A DNA stretch of 61,857 nucleotides, filler included, from 4 parts of 4 records of this genome joined end to end with filler, not necessarily neighbours in it, one strand, 5' to 3'. Positions 18,970 through 29,631 are shown, numbered from the whole stretch's first letter. Notes: generated from the sequence alone by a model not told the origin. Program-made: numbers and translations.

Positions 18970-20736
18970 TTAATTTACAATTTCCGGAGCCACACGCTGC
19001 ATCAATGTCCTCGAGGCTTCAAGAATTTCGTGACTGTACTGCATGGTCAAGGCCTGTTCGGCCAAGGCTCTTGATTCCTCAATTTTTAGTCGGCGTATCA
19101 AATATTTGACCTGTGGAATCAGGGGAGCTGAAGCGCTTAATTCATCAACTCCCAAGCCAAGCAAGAGCGGTACAAAATCCGGTTCACCTGCCATTTCGCC
19201 GCAAATACCCACATGAATTCCTGCTTTGTGGGCGGCGACGATCACCTGTCGAATGGATCGAATGATGCCCGGGTGAGTTGGATTGTAAAGGTGAGCAATT
19301 TTGTCATTAGTCCGATCGACGGCCAAGGAATATTGAATGAGATCGTTGGTGCCAATACTGAAAAAATTTACCTTGGAAGCAAGGGTGTCTGCAATCATGA
19401 CTGCCCCTGGTGTCTCGATCATGACTCCCACCTTCATCCCCGCATCAAAAGGTTTACCCTCCTGCCGCAATGATTGTTTGCTCTCTTCCAGCAACTCCAA
19501 AGCCTGATCCAGCTCACTCAGGGTTGTGATCATCGGAAACATGATCTTGATGTTTCTTTTGGAGCCAGCTCTCAGGATGGATTTTAACTGGGTTTTAAAT
19601 ATTTCCCTGTGATCGAGGCAGTAGCGAATCGCCCGCCAACCCAAGGCAGGATTGGCTTCCTCACCATTCGTTCGGGTCAATGTTGATAGTTTATCCGCGC
19701 CCAAATCAAGCGTTCGAATGATAATCGGATCTGGGCTCAATGCTTCCGCTACCTGGGCATAAACACCTGTCTGCAGATCCTCATCCGGCCATGTGCTGCG
19801 GTTAAGGAAAAGATACTCGGATCTGAATAATCCTACTCCCTTTGCACCGTATTTTGTGACATCGGTTGCTTCAGAAGCTTGATCCAGATTGGCTGCAAGC
19901 GTGACTTCATGTCCATCCAATGTGACCGCCGCCAATTCGCGAACCTTGGCAAGTCGAACATCTTGATCTTCGTTTTTGCGGATGATATGGCCGTATTCAA
20001 ATAAAGTTTGATCACTCGGGTTTTCAATGACTTTTCCATTATGCCCATCCAACAGGATATCCTGTCCGCTTTCTATTTTAGACGATATATTGTGTAGCCC
20101 CACGACAGCAGGAATTTTCAATGCTCGAGCAAGAATAGCGGTATGAGACGTTTTGCTGCCAACGTCGGTTGCAAAACCCAACACCATCTTGCGATCAAGC
20201 ATGACCGTGGTACTCGGAGTCAAATCATGCCCGACGACAATGCAGGGTTCTCTCATGTTATTATAGAGATAATCTTCTTCTGCATGACCCAGCAAATGGC
20301 TGAGAAGCCGGGTCGAAACATCCCGCAGATCAACCGCCCGTTCTCGGAGATAATCGTCCTCCATGCTTTCCAGAGCTTTGGCATACTTATTCGTGACCTT
20401 CTGGTAGGCGTATTCGACATTGCAAAGATCGCACTCAACCAACTTGGTGGTCTCATCGATCAACGCTTGATCCTCAAGAACCAGGAGATGGGCTTCAAAA
20501 ATATCAGCATCTTGAGAATCCACCTGTTCGCGCAAGCTCTGATGCAACTTTGTCAATTGCTTGCGTGTTGCAACAATGGATTGTTCCAGGCGTTTTAATT
20601 CCCCGGTGATTTCACCTTCAGTGATCACCCGATGTGGAACATGCAAGTGTCTTGTGCCCAGCACGAACACGCGCCCTCGACAGATACCCCCCGATGCGGC
20701 AACGCCCCGGAATGTGATTTCACCTTTCTCACTCAT
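18970..20736 (-). CDS. ptsI: PTS enzyme I, phosphoenolpyruvate-protein phosphotransferase
   Basis: TSHTAILAR phospho-His, GLFRSE, RTLDLGADK, SIGTNDLIQY, CGEMAG; no N-terminal GAF domain. Confidence 0.95.
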   Translation of the reverse strand: MSEKGEITFRGVAASGGICRGRVFVLGTRHLHVPHRVITEGEITGELKRLEQSIVATRKQLTKLHQSLREQVDSQDADIFEAHLLVLEDQALIDETTKLVECDLCNVEYAYQKVTNKYAKALESMEDDYLRERAVDLRDVSTRLLSHLLGHAEEDYLYNNMREPCIVVGHDLTPSTTVMLDRKMVLGFATDVGSKTSHTAILARALKIPAVVGLHNISSKIESGQDILLDGHNGKVIENPSDQTLFEYGHIIRKNEDQDVRLAKVRELAAVTLDGHEVTLAANLDQASEATDVTKYGAKGVGLFRSEYLFLNRSTWPDEDLQTGVYAQVAEALSPDPIIIRTLDLGADKLSTLTRTNGEEANPALGWRAIRYCLDHREIFKTQLKSILRAGSKRNIKIMFPMITTLSELDQALELLEESKQSLRQEGKPFDAGMKVGVMIETPGAVMIADTLASKVNFFSIGTNDLIQYSLAVDRTNDKIAHLYNPTHPGIIRSIRQVIVAAHKAGIHVGICGEMAGEPDFVPLLLGLGVDELSASAPLIPQVKYLIRRLKIEESRALAEQALTMQYSHEILEASRTLMQRVAPEIVN

Positions 20737-20869
20737 TTAAAACCTGGAAAAACCCTATTGCATATGGGGCATTTGGAAAATGAATTTGTTACCTTCAAAA
20801 AATTTTCAGGTCTCATTGGAGTAGATGCCCGATTGACCAAGTCCTTCGATTTCCCTCATACTTTTGGTC

Positions 20870-21661
20870 ATGGCAAACAAATCTGCGATTATCACAGGGG
20901 CTTCCCGGGGGATCGGGCGGGGTATCAGTCTTGAATTGGCCACGATCGGTTATGATCTGGTTGTCAATTATGCCGGTAACAAGAAAGCAGCGGAAAAGAC
21001 GGTGGAGGATTGTCAGGAAGCGGCTCAACTTGCGGGGCATTCGATTACCGCCCTTGCTGTCAAAGCTGATGTCTCACAGGCAGAGGAAAGGGATCATCTG
21101 GTTGAAGCCGCCCGTATACAGTTTGGTCGTCTGGATTTGCTGGTTAATAATGCGGGGATCACCTCTATTGGTCGTGCAGATATTCTGAAGGCCAAGGAAG
21201 AGAATTTTGATCAACTCATGTCCGTGAATCTCAAGGGTCCTTTCTTTTTGACCCAACAAGCTGCGAATTGGATGATCAAATTAACCAAACAAGGAATCGT
21301 CGAATCACCCAAGGTCGTGACTATATCTTCAGTGAGTGCCTACACTGTTTCTGTCAATCGTGCTGATTATTGCATGGCCAAAGCAGCACTCGGAATGATG
21401 ACGAAGCTTTATGCCGTTCGTCTGGCAGAGCACGGAATCCGTGTTTATGAAATATGTCCCGGTATCATCGCCTCGGATATGACCGCTCCGGTGCAGGCAA
21501 AGTATGATAAATTGATTGCCGAAGGGCTCACTCCGATAAATCGATGGGGGCAGCCGCAAGATATTGGTAAAACCATCAAGGCAATTGCTCTGGATTATCT
21601 GCCCTTCAGCACAGGAGAAGTGATCAACGTGGATGGCGGTTTTCACTTGAGGAAATTGTAG
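20870..21661 (+). CDS. SDR family oxidoreductase (3-ketoacyl-ACP reductase-like)
   Basis: TGASRGIG, NNAG, YCMAK, VDGG motifs. Confidence 0.9.
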   Translation: MANKSAIITGASRGIGRGISLELATIGYDLVVNYAGNKKAAEKTVEDCQEAAQLAGHSITALAVKADVSQAEERDHLVEAARIQFGRLDLLVNNAGITSIGRADILKAKEENFDQLMSVNLKGPFFLTQQAANWMIKLTKQGIVESPKVVTISSVSAYTVSVNRADYCMAKAALGMMTKLYAVRLAEHGIRVYEICPGIIASDMTAPVQAKYDKLIAEGLTPINRWGQPQDIGKTIKAIALDYLPFSTGEVINVDGGFHLRKL

Positions 21662-21704
21662 TATTTTTCAATTCCTTTAAATACAGGTAACATCTGGTTC
21701 AATC

Positions 21705-21857
21705 ATGAAGTCCTTCACCCCAAAGTTCTTTTTCCTCCTGGCCCTTTTGTGGATGCTCTCACCGACCGGCATACTCGCAGAATGGCCTGCATATCGGGCT
21801 GACAGCACAAGAACCGGTTTTGTGGATGTGGATCTGGGACCCGATATGAAACTGCTC
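21705..21857 (+). CDS. PQQ-like beta-propeller protein, N-terminal fragment cut by contig end
   Basis: Signal peptide followed by EWPAYRAD..RTG. Confidence 0.6.
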
Positions 21858-21957
21858 NNNNNNNNNNNNNNNNNNNNNNNNNNNNNNNNNNNNNNNNNNN
21901 NTTAATTAATTAANNNNNNNNNNNNNNNNNNNNNNNNNNNNNNNNNNNNNNNNNNNN
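21858..21957. other. Artificial contig linker
   Basis: 44 N + TTAATTAATTAA (stops in all six frames) + 44 N; base composition changes abruptly across it. Confidence 0.98.
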
Positions 21958-22581
21958 TGGATTTCTTGGGTCATCTTCTGGAATTCCTGCTTCAACTTTT
22001 CCTACAAGATCAGCACCTACATCAGCACTCTTGGTAAAAATACCACCACCAACTCTTGAAAATAAGGCAACAGAGGAAGCTCCCATTGCAAAACCCTCTA
22101 TTGCGTGAATAGTATCGATATTACCCGCAAAGAAATAAAACAATATTCCGACACCAAACAAACCCATTGCCGCAACTGTCAAACCCATAATAGAACCACC
22201 AAAGAATGCAATGTTTAATGCTTCTGATGATCCCTGATCTCTAGCAGCTACCGCTGTTCTCACGTTGGCTTTTGTTGCTGAGTACATACCAATAAAACCA
22301 GCAGTACCAGAACATAGAGCACCTAATAAAAAAGATGCTGCCGTTTGCCAACCTAAAGAGAAATAAAGGGCCGCTATACAAACCAAACAGAAAATAGCTA
22401 ATCTTTTATACTCTGCAGACATAAAAACCATAGCCCCAAGGTGAATTTCGTCACCAATCTCTTTAACTCTACCATCACCTTCAGGAGACGATTTGACTTT
22501 TAAATATACAAAATAGGCAGATAACAATCCTAAAAGACCAAGAGCCACAGAAATCAGAGAATACGGCATAAAGAACCCCAT
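21958..22581 (-). CDS. hppA: Membrane-bound H+/Na+-translocating pyrophosphatase, N-terminal part
   Basis: RVGGGIFTKSADVGADLVGKVEAGIPEDDPRNP signature; truncated at the contig end. Confidence 0.95.
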
Positions 22582-22642
22582 AAAGAAATTTTAAAAAACT
22601 AACTTTTAATTCTATAATTAAGATCTGTAAAGATTTATATTC

Positions 22643-23191
22643 CTAAAAATTATTTTTAATTTTTAGATATGCTTTATTTGAAATATTTTTGATTATGAAA
22701 ATTAAATCTTTTTTCTTTAAAGCTACACAACCGGCTGTTTGCCTGTAATCTGAAAAACTACAATGAATAAATATTGCACTTCCTTTTCCTTTAATGATAG
22801 GACAAGTATTATGAGAGGTTTCTATTACTAAATCGTAAGCCTGATCATCTCTCCATAATTTTTCAAAATTAATCTTTTTAACATAAGAGTTTTTTTTTAC
22901 ATTTATGTATTTATTATAATGTTGGCTTTTTGGATCATCACACCAACCACAATTTTTAGTGATTTTATTAATTTTAAATGTTTTGTTTTTTACAAGTGGT
23001 CTTAAAACTTTGTCACTTCTATAATATACGGATTTTAATCTCCATTTACCAATTGGTGTTGCCTTGTCGCCTTCTTGTTTTTTAGTATAAATTTTATAGC
23101 CCGCATTTCCAACCTGGCATTTAAATATTTTTTTGCCTACCCTTATGAAAAATTTTTTATTAATCTTTGTTAAAACCCAATTTTTGGCCAT
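22643..23191 (-). CDS. L,D-transpeptidase (YkuD-like) family protein
   Basis: EGDKATP, GSAIFIH, TAGCVAL His/Cys motifs. Confidence 0.85.
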   Translation of the reverse strand: MAKNWVLTKINKKFFIRVGKKIFKCQVGNAGYKIYTKKQEGDKATPIGKWRLKSVYYRSDKVLRPLVKNKTFKINKITKNCGWCDDPKSQHYNKYINVKKNSYVKKINFEKLWRDDQAYDLVIETSHNTCPIIKGKGSAIFIHCSFSDYRQTAGCVALKKKDLIFIIKNISNKAYLKIKNNF

Positions 23192-23264
23192 ATTTCAATT
23201 AGATACCTTATTTAAATTTCTTAATTTTCTTAATTAAGTTATTATTCTATCTTATCAGAGGGTT

Positions 23265-24761
23265 ATGTTAATGTCTGTATTAAATAGTTGGAAAGTATCC
23301 TTATTAATTTATAAAGACATTAGGGTTGTAAGATTATTAATATTAGGGTTTTCTTCAGGATTGCCTATATTATTAATTTTTTCAACTCTATCACTTTGGC
23401 TAAAATCAGCAGGCATTGATAGAAGTACTATTACCTTGTTTAGTTGGGCAGGTCTTGCATATAGTTTTAAATTTCTATGGGCACCAGTTATTGATAAAAT
23501 CCCAATACCTATACTTAGCGACAAATTAGGTCACAGAAAAAGTTGGTTAATGTTATCCCAATTATTACTTATAACACTTCTTATAATTTTAGGATTTATT
23601 GATCCCAAACATAACTTAATACTTATGGCAATCATCATTGTTTCTATTGGTTTTTGCAGCGCAACACAAGATGCCATGGTCGATACTTACAGAATAGAAT
23701 CAGCTCCACAGGAACTTCAAAGTGCAATGAGCGGCACATATATTGTTGGTTATAGGTTGGGCATGATAGTGGCTGGAGCGGGATCGCTCTTTTTAGCATC
23801 ATTTTTCGGTGCTGAGGAACAGTTTTACAATGTAAGTGCATGGCAAAAAACATATATTATTATGGCAATACTTCAGACTATAGGTGTCCTATGTACTTTA
23901 GTATCCCCAGAACCTAGTTCCCAAAGAATTTTGCTAAATAACTCGAAAGACCGTTTAAAACTAGTTAATGTTTTTTTAATTTCTATATTAACATTTATTT
24001 TAATTTATACTTTATTCCCAATGATGCAATTTGAAGACCCATTAACTAAGGGGGTCTTTACAACTCTAAAATTACTACTAGCTCTCTCTGCGATGATTAT
24101 TATTTTTATGTTCTCTGTCAGAATAAACTATGTACATAATTATGTAATACTCTCTACATTCTGGGATCCCATTAAAAGTTTTATACAAAAATATGGCTCC
24201 ATTGCTGTTGCAATATTAGTTATTATAGGTCTTTATAGGGTTGCAGATATAGTTATGGGCGTTGTAGCAAATCTTTTTTATTCAGATATGGGATATACAT
24301 TAAACCAAATAGCCACTGTTTCAAAATTTTGGGGGTTAATAGCCACAATTTTGGGAGGATTAATAGGTGGAGTTTTGGCTTCAAGATATAATAACTATTC
24401 TATCTTATTACTTGGCGCCATTCTTGCGGCCGCAACAAATATATTATTTGCGTTTCTAACAATACTTGAGCCTAAAGTAATTTATTTAATAATAATTATA
24501 ATAGCTGACAATTTGTCAGCTGGCATTGCATCTGTTGCTTTTGTTGCTTTTCTTAGTTCACTAACACACGTAAATTTTACAACTTCTCAATATGCTTTAT
24601 TTACATCCCTAATGCTTTTCTTACCAAAAATTATTGGAGGATATTCTGGGGCAATGGTAGATGGGTTAGGTTATTTTAATTTTTTCTTCTTAACTGCCGC
24701 GATGGGATTCCCTGTTATTTTATTAATAGTTGCTTTAAAAAATAAAATGTATAGATCATAA
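23265..24761 (+). CDS. ampG: AmpG-family muropeptide MFS permease
   Basis: LGFSSGLP, KFLWAP, SATQD..D.YRIE, QYALF motifs. Confidence 0.92.
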   Translation: MLMSVLNSWKVSLLIYKDIRVVRLLILGFSSGLPILLIFSTLSLWLKSAGIDRSTITLFSWAGLAYSFKFLWAPVIDKIPIPILSDKLGHRKSWLMLSQLLLITLLIILGFIDPKHNLILMAIIIVSIGFCSATQDAMVDTYRIESAPQELQSAMSGTYIVGYRLGMIVAGAGSLFLASFFGAEEQFYNVSAWQKTYIIMAILQTIGVLCTLVSPEPSSQRILLNNSKDRLKLVNVFLISILTFILIYTLFPMMQFEDPLTKGVFTTLKLLLALSAMIIIFMFSVRINYVHNYVILSTFWDPIKSFIQKYGSIAVAILVIIGLYRVADIVMGVVANLFYSDMGYTLNQIATVSKFWGLIATILGGLIGGVLASRYNNYSILLLGAILAAATNILFAFLTILEPKVIYLIIIIIADNLSAGIASVAFVAFLSSLTHVNFTTSQYALFTSLMLFLPKIIGGYSGAMVDGLGYFNFFFLTAAMGFPVILLIVALKNKMYRS

Positions 24762-24787
24762 TTTATATTAACTTACAAAATTAAAAA

Positions 24788-26077
24788 ATGTTTTTAAAAA
24801 CCATCTCCATAACCGAACTTAACTTTTCTTCTAGCTGGGAAAATGGACTGATCAAAATTAAAGCTATGAATGGTTTTGAAAAAACTATGACCATTTTGTG
24901 GCTCTTGGGCCCATTAATTTATTTGATAGAAAGAGACCCTGCTGATTTATGGCTTACTCTAATTAGTATTATTTTTTTATCTAGGTGCTTTAAAAATAAA
25001 GATTGGAATTGGGCTTCTCAAATTTGGTTTAAAAGTGCCTTAGCCCTATGGTTGTTTGGCTTATTCTCTGCTTTAACAGGTACGGATCCTATTTTCACAT
25101 TTCAGCAAGGGTTTGTTTGGATCCGATTTCCACTCTATGTGGCAGCCGCGCAGGTGTGGCTTGCAAAAGATAGAGATATAAGAATTTTGATGTTATTAGC
25201 TATATTAATTGGAATGCTGATAATGTGTAGCATTTTGATTGCCGAAACCCTTGTTGAGCCCAAAACGAGACTGACTTGGCCATATGGAGATCAAGTGCCA
25301 GGAGGTTATATTTCCAAATTTTCACTACCTTTGTTTTGTGTTTTGATGGCTATAGCAGTTAGTAAAAAAAGTAAAGCAGGCATTTTCTCTGGTATGATTG
25401 GTTTACTATCAATTGGTGTATCTGCGTTAACTGGTGAAAGAACTAACTTTCTTATTCGAGCATGTGGAGGTATTTTAGCTAGCATTGTTTGGAAACCAAA
25501 GTTTTTAATGATTTCTTTATTGATTTTTATTGAGGTTTTAGCTGTTTTAGCTCTGTTTTTTAATCGCCCTGATTTATCAAGCAGATTTGGAGATCAGTTT
25601 TTAAATAGTATACCTATAGCTAATACATCTGATAATAATCCATATTGGGGAGCTTGGCGTGGCGGGATTCAACAGGGGTTATTAAATCCTATTAAAGGTA
25701 TAGGGCCTTCTGGAACAAGAAACACTTGTGCTAATTTAGACACAAATCTTCCAGAGTGGTTGCCCGGTAAAAATTATTGTGGAAATCATCCTCATAACTT
25801 TTATGTACAGTTATTTGCTGAAGTTGGTATAGTAGGTTTAGTATTCGGATGTATTATGTTTGGGTCACTAATTATAACATGCTTTAAAGCTAGATTAGCT
25901 AATTTCAACTGCCCAATGGCAGCTACCGGCTTCGTTGTTCCTTTAGGATTGTTTTTCCCAATTCAACAATTTGGTAGTTTCTACGGACAATGGGGCAACT
26001 TATTTACTTGGTTTGCTATAGCTTTTGCTGTTTCACAGTATCAAGGATGGAGAAAACCTAAAAATACTTTGAACTAA
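24788..26077 (+). CDS. O-antigen ligase (WaaL/Wzy_C) family membrane protein
   Basis: Polytopic; TGERT, GIGP, NHPHNFYVQLFAEVG. Start may be near 24866. Confidence 0.85.
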   Translation: MFLKTISITELNFSSSWENGLIKIKAMNGFEKTMTILWLLGPLIYLIERDPADLWLTLISIIFLSRCFKNKDWNWASQIWFKSALALWLFGLFSALTGTDPIFTFQQGFVWIRFPLYVAAAQVWLAKDRDIRILMLLAILIGMLIMCSILIAETLVEPKTRLTWPYGDQVPGGYISKFSLPLFCVLMAIAVSKKSKAGIFSGMIGLLSIGVSALTGERTNFLIRACGGILASIVWKPKFLMISLLIFIEVLAVLALFFNRPDLSSRFGDQFLNSIPIANTSDNNPYWGAWRGGIQQGLLNPIKGIGPSGTRNTCANLDTNLPEWLPGKNYCGNHPHNFYVQLFAEVGIVGLVFGCIMFGSLIITCFKARLANFNCPMAATGFVVPLGLFFPIQQFGSFYGQWGNLFTWFAIAFAVSQYQGWRKPKNTLN

Positions 26078-27164
26078 TAAATTCTCTAAAGCGGTCTAGC
26101 TTTTGACTTGATTTCTCAGAAGAAAGTTCAAAATTTTCCCAGGCCTTTCTTTGATAAATTTCTCTTATCTCATTGTTTTTAATTAAAAAATCTATTTTTA
26201 ATGATAATTTTTTCAAAGTAATATTATCTATTAATATTCCATTATCTTTAATTATTTCTGGAATACCCCCAACTTTTGAGGCTATTATACAAGCGCCATT
26301 ACTCATTGCCTCTGCTGCTACTAATCCAAAAGGTTCTTCCCATATTGAAGGTATAACAACAATTGAGGCACTTTTCATTTTTTCTTCAACAAATTCTTGA
26401 TTTTTGAATCCATAAAATTGAGCTTGGGGACCAATAACTTTCATTTTTTTTATTATATCGTCTGAATAAAAATTCCCATGTTTGTTATCTCCTAGTTTAA
26501 ATGAACCAATAAGGCCAAAACTCCATCCCGGATACTTTTGAGCTAAGCCTTTAATTGCATCAACGTAAATGTGGACACCTTTTTCAATCACTAATCTTCC
26601 AACAAACAAAATTTCTTTTTTCTTTATTGGAAATTTTTTAAGTTTTTTTTCAACGCCGTTATATAACACGTGAACTTTTTGAAGATTAACATTTATGCCT
26701 TCTAGAAATTTTTTCTTGATAAACTCACTTACACAAAATATAGCGGCACATTTTTCTAAAATATGCTCTCTTTCTCTAATTGATTTTGAACCCTTCATTG
26801 TTTGCGGGTCATTGTGAAAAAACAAACTAATAGGAAATTGATTTTCCCTTGTTATTTCTTTTACTAGGTATGGCCTATTATGAATTTCTAATATCTGCTT
26901 TTTGTCAGGATCTTTTTTAATTATTTTTAACATCTCATGAGCTAAAAATTTATTTTTACTCTTAAAAGATAAAATAGAATATTTTAACCCTACAAAATTA
27001 TTTTTAAAAAGTGGCCTTTCTACATTTTGACCAAAAATTTTTACTTGATTTAAATAATTAGAATAAAGCAAATTGTTTCTAACCGTAATAGAAACTGAAG
27101 AAGCTTTATTTTCATCAAACTTTTCTTTATAGGGTAATAAAATATTTATTTTCATTTTTTTCAT
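26058..27164 (-). CDS. Glycosyltransferase family 4
   Basis: FVGRL..EKG, PSIWEEPFGLVAAEAM, GGIPE. Confidence 0.92.
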   Translation of the reverse strand: MKKMKINILLPYKEKFDENKASSVSITVRNNLLYSNYLNQVKIFGQNVERPLFKNNFVGLKYSILSFKSKNKFLAHEMLKIIKKDPDKKQILEIHNRPYLVKEITRENQFPISLFFHNDPQTMKGSKSIREREHILEKCAAIFCVSEFIKKKFLEGINVNLQKVHVLYNGVEKKLKKFPIKKKEILFVGRLVIEKGVHIYVDAIKGLAQKYPGWSFGLIGSFKLGDNKHGNFYSDDIIKKMKVIGPQAQFYGFKNQEFVEEKMKSASIVVIPSIWEEPFGLVAAEAMSNGACIIASKVGGIPEIIKDNGILIDNITLKKLSLKIDFLIKNNEIREIYQRKAWENFELSSEKSSQKLDRFREFISSKYF

Positions 27165-27237
27165 TATTAATTAAAGAATTAATTATGTTATAGATTTATT
27201 TTCCTTATTTGAATATTTTTTATAATAGGACTTTAAA

Positions 27238-27975
27238 TTGCAAACTATCATATGCGTGAAATGGGGTTCAAGATACGGTCACGAATACGTAAATAGACTT
27301 TACAAATCTATAAAGAAACATACCAAACGACCAACTCAACTTTATTGTTTTACTGATAACACTGCTAGTATTGACAAGAATATAATATGCAAACCTTTGC
27401 CTAAAATTTCTTTGCCCGAAACTATTACTTATACGCCATGGAGAAAAATGAGTTTATGGCAACACCCGCTTTATGATTTAAAAGGAGATGTTTTATTTTT
27501 AGATCTAGACTTAGTTATTACTGGGAATTTAGATCGTTTTTTTGACTTCAAGCCAGGTTTTTATTGTGTGATAGAAAATTGGACCCAATTAGGACAAAAT
27601 ATTGGAAATACCAGTTGTTTTAGATTTCCTGTTGGAAAATATGCTTCAATTTTTGAAGATTTTCAAAAAAATCCATCAAAGTATTGGAAAAAATATCATA
27701 TAGAACAAATTTATTTAAGTGCTCAAATTAAAGATCAAGTTTTCTGGCCAACTAAATGGTGTCAAAGTTTTAAACATAACCTTCTTCCTATTTGGCCGCT
27801 TAGGATTTGGAAACCAGCAAATCTTCCCCAAGATACATCTATAGTCGCGTTTACAGGCAAACCTGATCCTGATGACGTTGTTAATGGTCACTGGCCGGTA
27901 AAAAAGTCACAATTTTATAAAAAAATTTATAAGCAGCTAAAGACACCTAAATGGATTTCAGAGAATTGGTTATAA
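27238..27975 (+). CDS. Putative GT-A fold glycosyltransferase
   Basis: IICVKWG..Y..EYVNRL, CFTD, LFLDLD (DxD), FTGKP. Confidence 0.7.
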   Translation: MQTIICVKWGSRYGHEYVNRLYKSIKKHTKRPTQLYCFTDNTASIDKNIICKPLPKISLPETITYTPWRKMSLWQHPLYDLKGDVLFLDLDLVITGNLDRFFDFKPGFYCVIENWTQLGQNIGNTSCFRFPVGKYASIFEDFQKNPSKYWKKYHIEQIYLSAQIKDQVFWPTKWCQSFKHNLLPIWPLRIWKPANLPQDTSIVAFTGKPDPDDVVNGHWPVKKSQFYKKIYKQLKTPKWISENWL

Positions 27976-27977
27976 TT

Positions 27978-28934
27978 TTAAGAAATTTGATTAACTGTTT
28001 TTTTTTCTATAAAACCTTCTATAGCTTTTAAGTAACCATTAAAAAATTTTTCGTATGCTTCCTCTGACACATAACCAATATGTGGTGTAAGTATAAGATT
28101 TTTTGTCTTTCTTAAAATATGATCTTTCGGAAGAGGTTCTTGATCATAAACATCTAAAGCTGCACATGAAATAACGTCATTATTTAGTGCATCTATTAAA
28201 TCTTGTTCTTTTATAATTGGGCCTCTACTAGTATTAACGATTACTGATCCTTTTTTCATTAAATTAATCTTTTTCTTGTCAATATAACCTATTGTTCTAT
28301 CAGATAATCTAGTATGAATTGTCAAAATATCTGACATTTTGAATAAATCAGTACTGCTTACATATTCAACCCCAACCTTTTCACATGCTTCTTGTTTTAA
28401 ATTATGGCTCCAAGCTATGACCTTCATTCCAAAAGCTTTAGCATATTCAACAACTTGCAATCCTTGTTTACCAAGTCCAAAAACACCTAGGGTATTACCC
28501 TTCAATCCTCTACCAATTGTGGTTTGCCAACGTCCATCTTTCATGTTTTCTATTTCAGCCTGTAGTCCCCTCCAACTATTCATAATCAGCGCCCAAGCCA
28601 ACTCAGCAGTTGAATGAATTTTAGTTTCAGTACCACAATAAATTATATTTTTAGCTTTTAAAGTTTCTGAGTCAACAGAGGCATTCCACATTCCACTTGT
28701 AATAACTAGTTTTAAATTTGGAAGTTTATTTATTAATGCTCCTGGAAGTGGGGTTCTCTCTCTCATCAAACACAAAATATTATAATCAGATAGTTTTTCT
28801 GATAAGTGAAGATGGTCTCCTATATATTCATTAAACACCTTAAGCTCTATTTTCTCACTAAGGGTTTCCCAATTAGCAAAATGATGAGTGACATTTTGAT
28901 AATCGTCTAAAACTGCTACCTTCAATTTTTTCAT
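27978..28934 (-). CDS. D-2-hydroxyacid dehydrogenase
   Basis: LDDYQ, MRERT, GVFGLG, NTSRGP, LDVYDQEP, TPHIGY. Confidence 0.92.
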   Translation of the reverse strand: MKKLKVAVLDDYQNVTHHFANWETLSEKIELKVFNEYIGDHLHLSEKLSDYNILCLMRERTPLPGALINKLPNLKLVITSGMWNASVDSETLKAKNIIYCGTETKIHSTAELAWALIMNSWRGLQAEIENMKDGRWQTTIGRGLKGNTLGVFGLGKQGLQVVEYAKAFGMKVIAWSHNLKQEACEKVGVEYVSSTDLFKMSDILTIHTRLSDRTIGYIDKKKINLMKKGSVIVNTSRGPIIKEQDLIDALNNDVISCAALDVYDQEPLPKDHILRKTKNLILTPHIGYVSEEAYEKFFNGYLKAIEGFIEKKTVNQIS

Positions 28935-28937
28935 TGT

Positions 28938-29631
28938 CTATCCTTCTTGTACTGAACCATAACCAGCCATTCTTCCAAAAACAGCCCCCGATGTTAAACC
29001 CGAACCACCAGGGTAACCATTAAAAAAAACGCCTCCCACTAACTCGCCACAGGCAAATAAACCATTTATAGGATTATTATTAGTATCTAACACTGATCCA
29101 TTTTTATCTACTTTTAATCCACCGTAAGTGAAGGTTATACCTCCTGTAACAGGAAATGCTCTATATGGACCTTTATCTATTTTTTGTGCCCAATTAGATT
29201 TTTCAATTTCAAGACCATTTGTTGATTTTCCATCAAGAATAGTGGGATCAAAAGAAGTGTTAATGTTTATTGAATTATTAAATTCGGTAATTGTTTTTTT
29301 TGTTTCTATTTTATCAACACCATCCATTTTTGTAATTAGATCATCAATGGTATCTGCCTCAACAAAGTGTGCATCATGAAAAGTATATTCTTCGTAAAGT
29401 AAATCAAAGACTTTACTATCAAAAACTTGCCAAGCAAAATGACCAGGCTGATCTAAAACGATTTTCCCATATTGAGCGTAAGTGTAATTTCTAAAGTTCT
29501 TACCCTCATCCAAAAATCTTTTTCCTTTTGCATTAATCATAATTCCCAAGAAATAGCATATCTTTCTATAATTTTTTCTTTCACTTGGATCCAAATCTAA
29601 ACCACCATAATTTTTCATATGCAAATCCATT
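28938..29631 (-). CDS. tcuA: FAD-dependent tricarballylate dehydrogenase-like flavoprotein, C-terminal part
   Basis: RFLDEG..FRNYTYA, KSNWA, GITFTYGGL, YPGGSGLTSGAVFGR; 5' end cut by the contig end. Confidence 0.8.

Noticed and set aside
21858..21957. TTAATTAATTAA palindrome as a biological repeat or att site
   Set aside because: Identical, N-flanked, 100 nt at all three junctions; an artificial six-frame-stop spacer.
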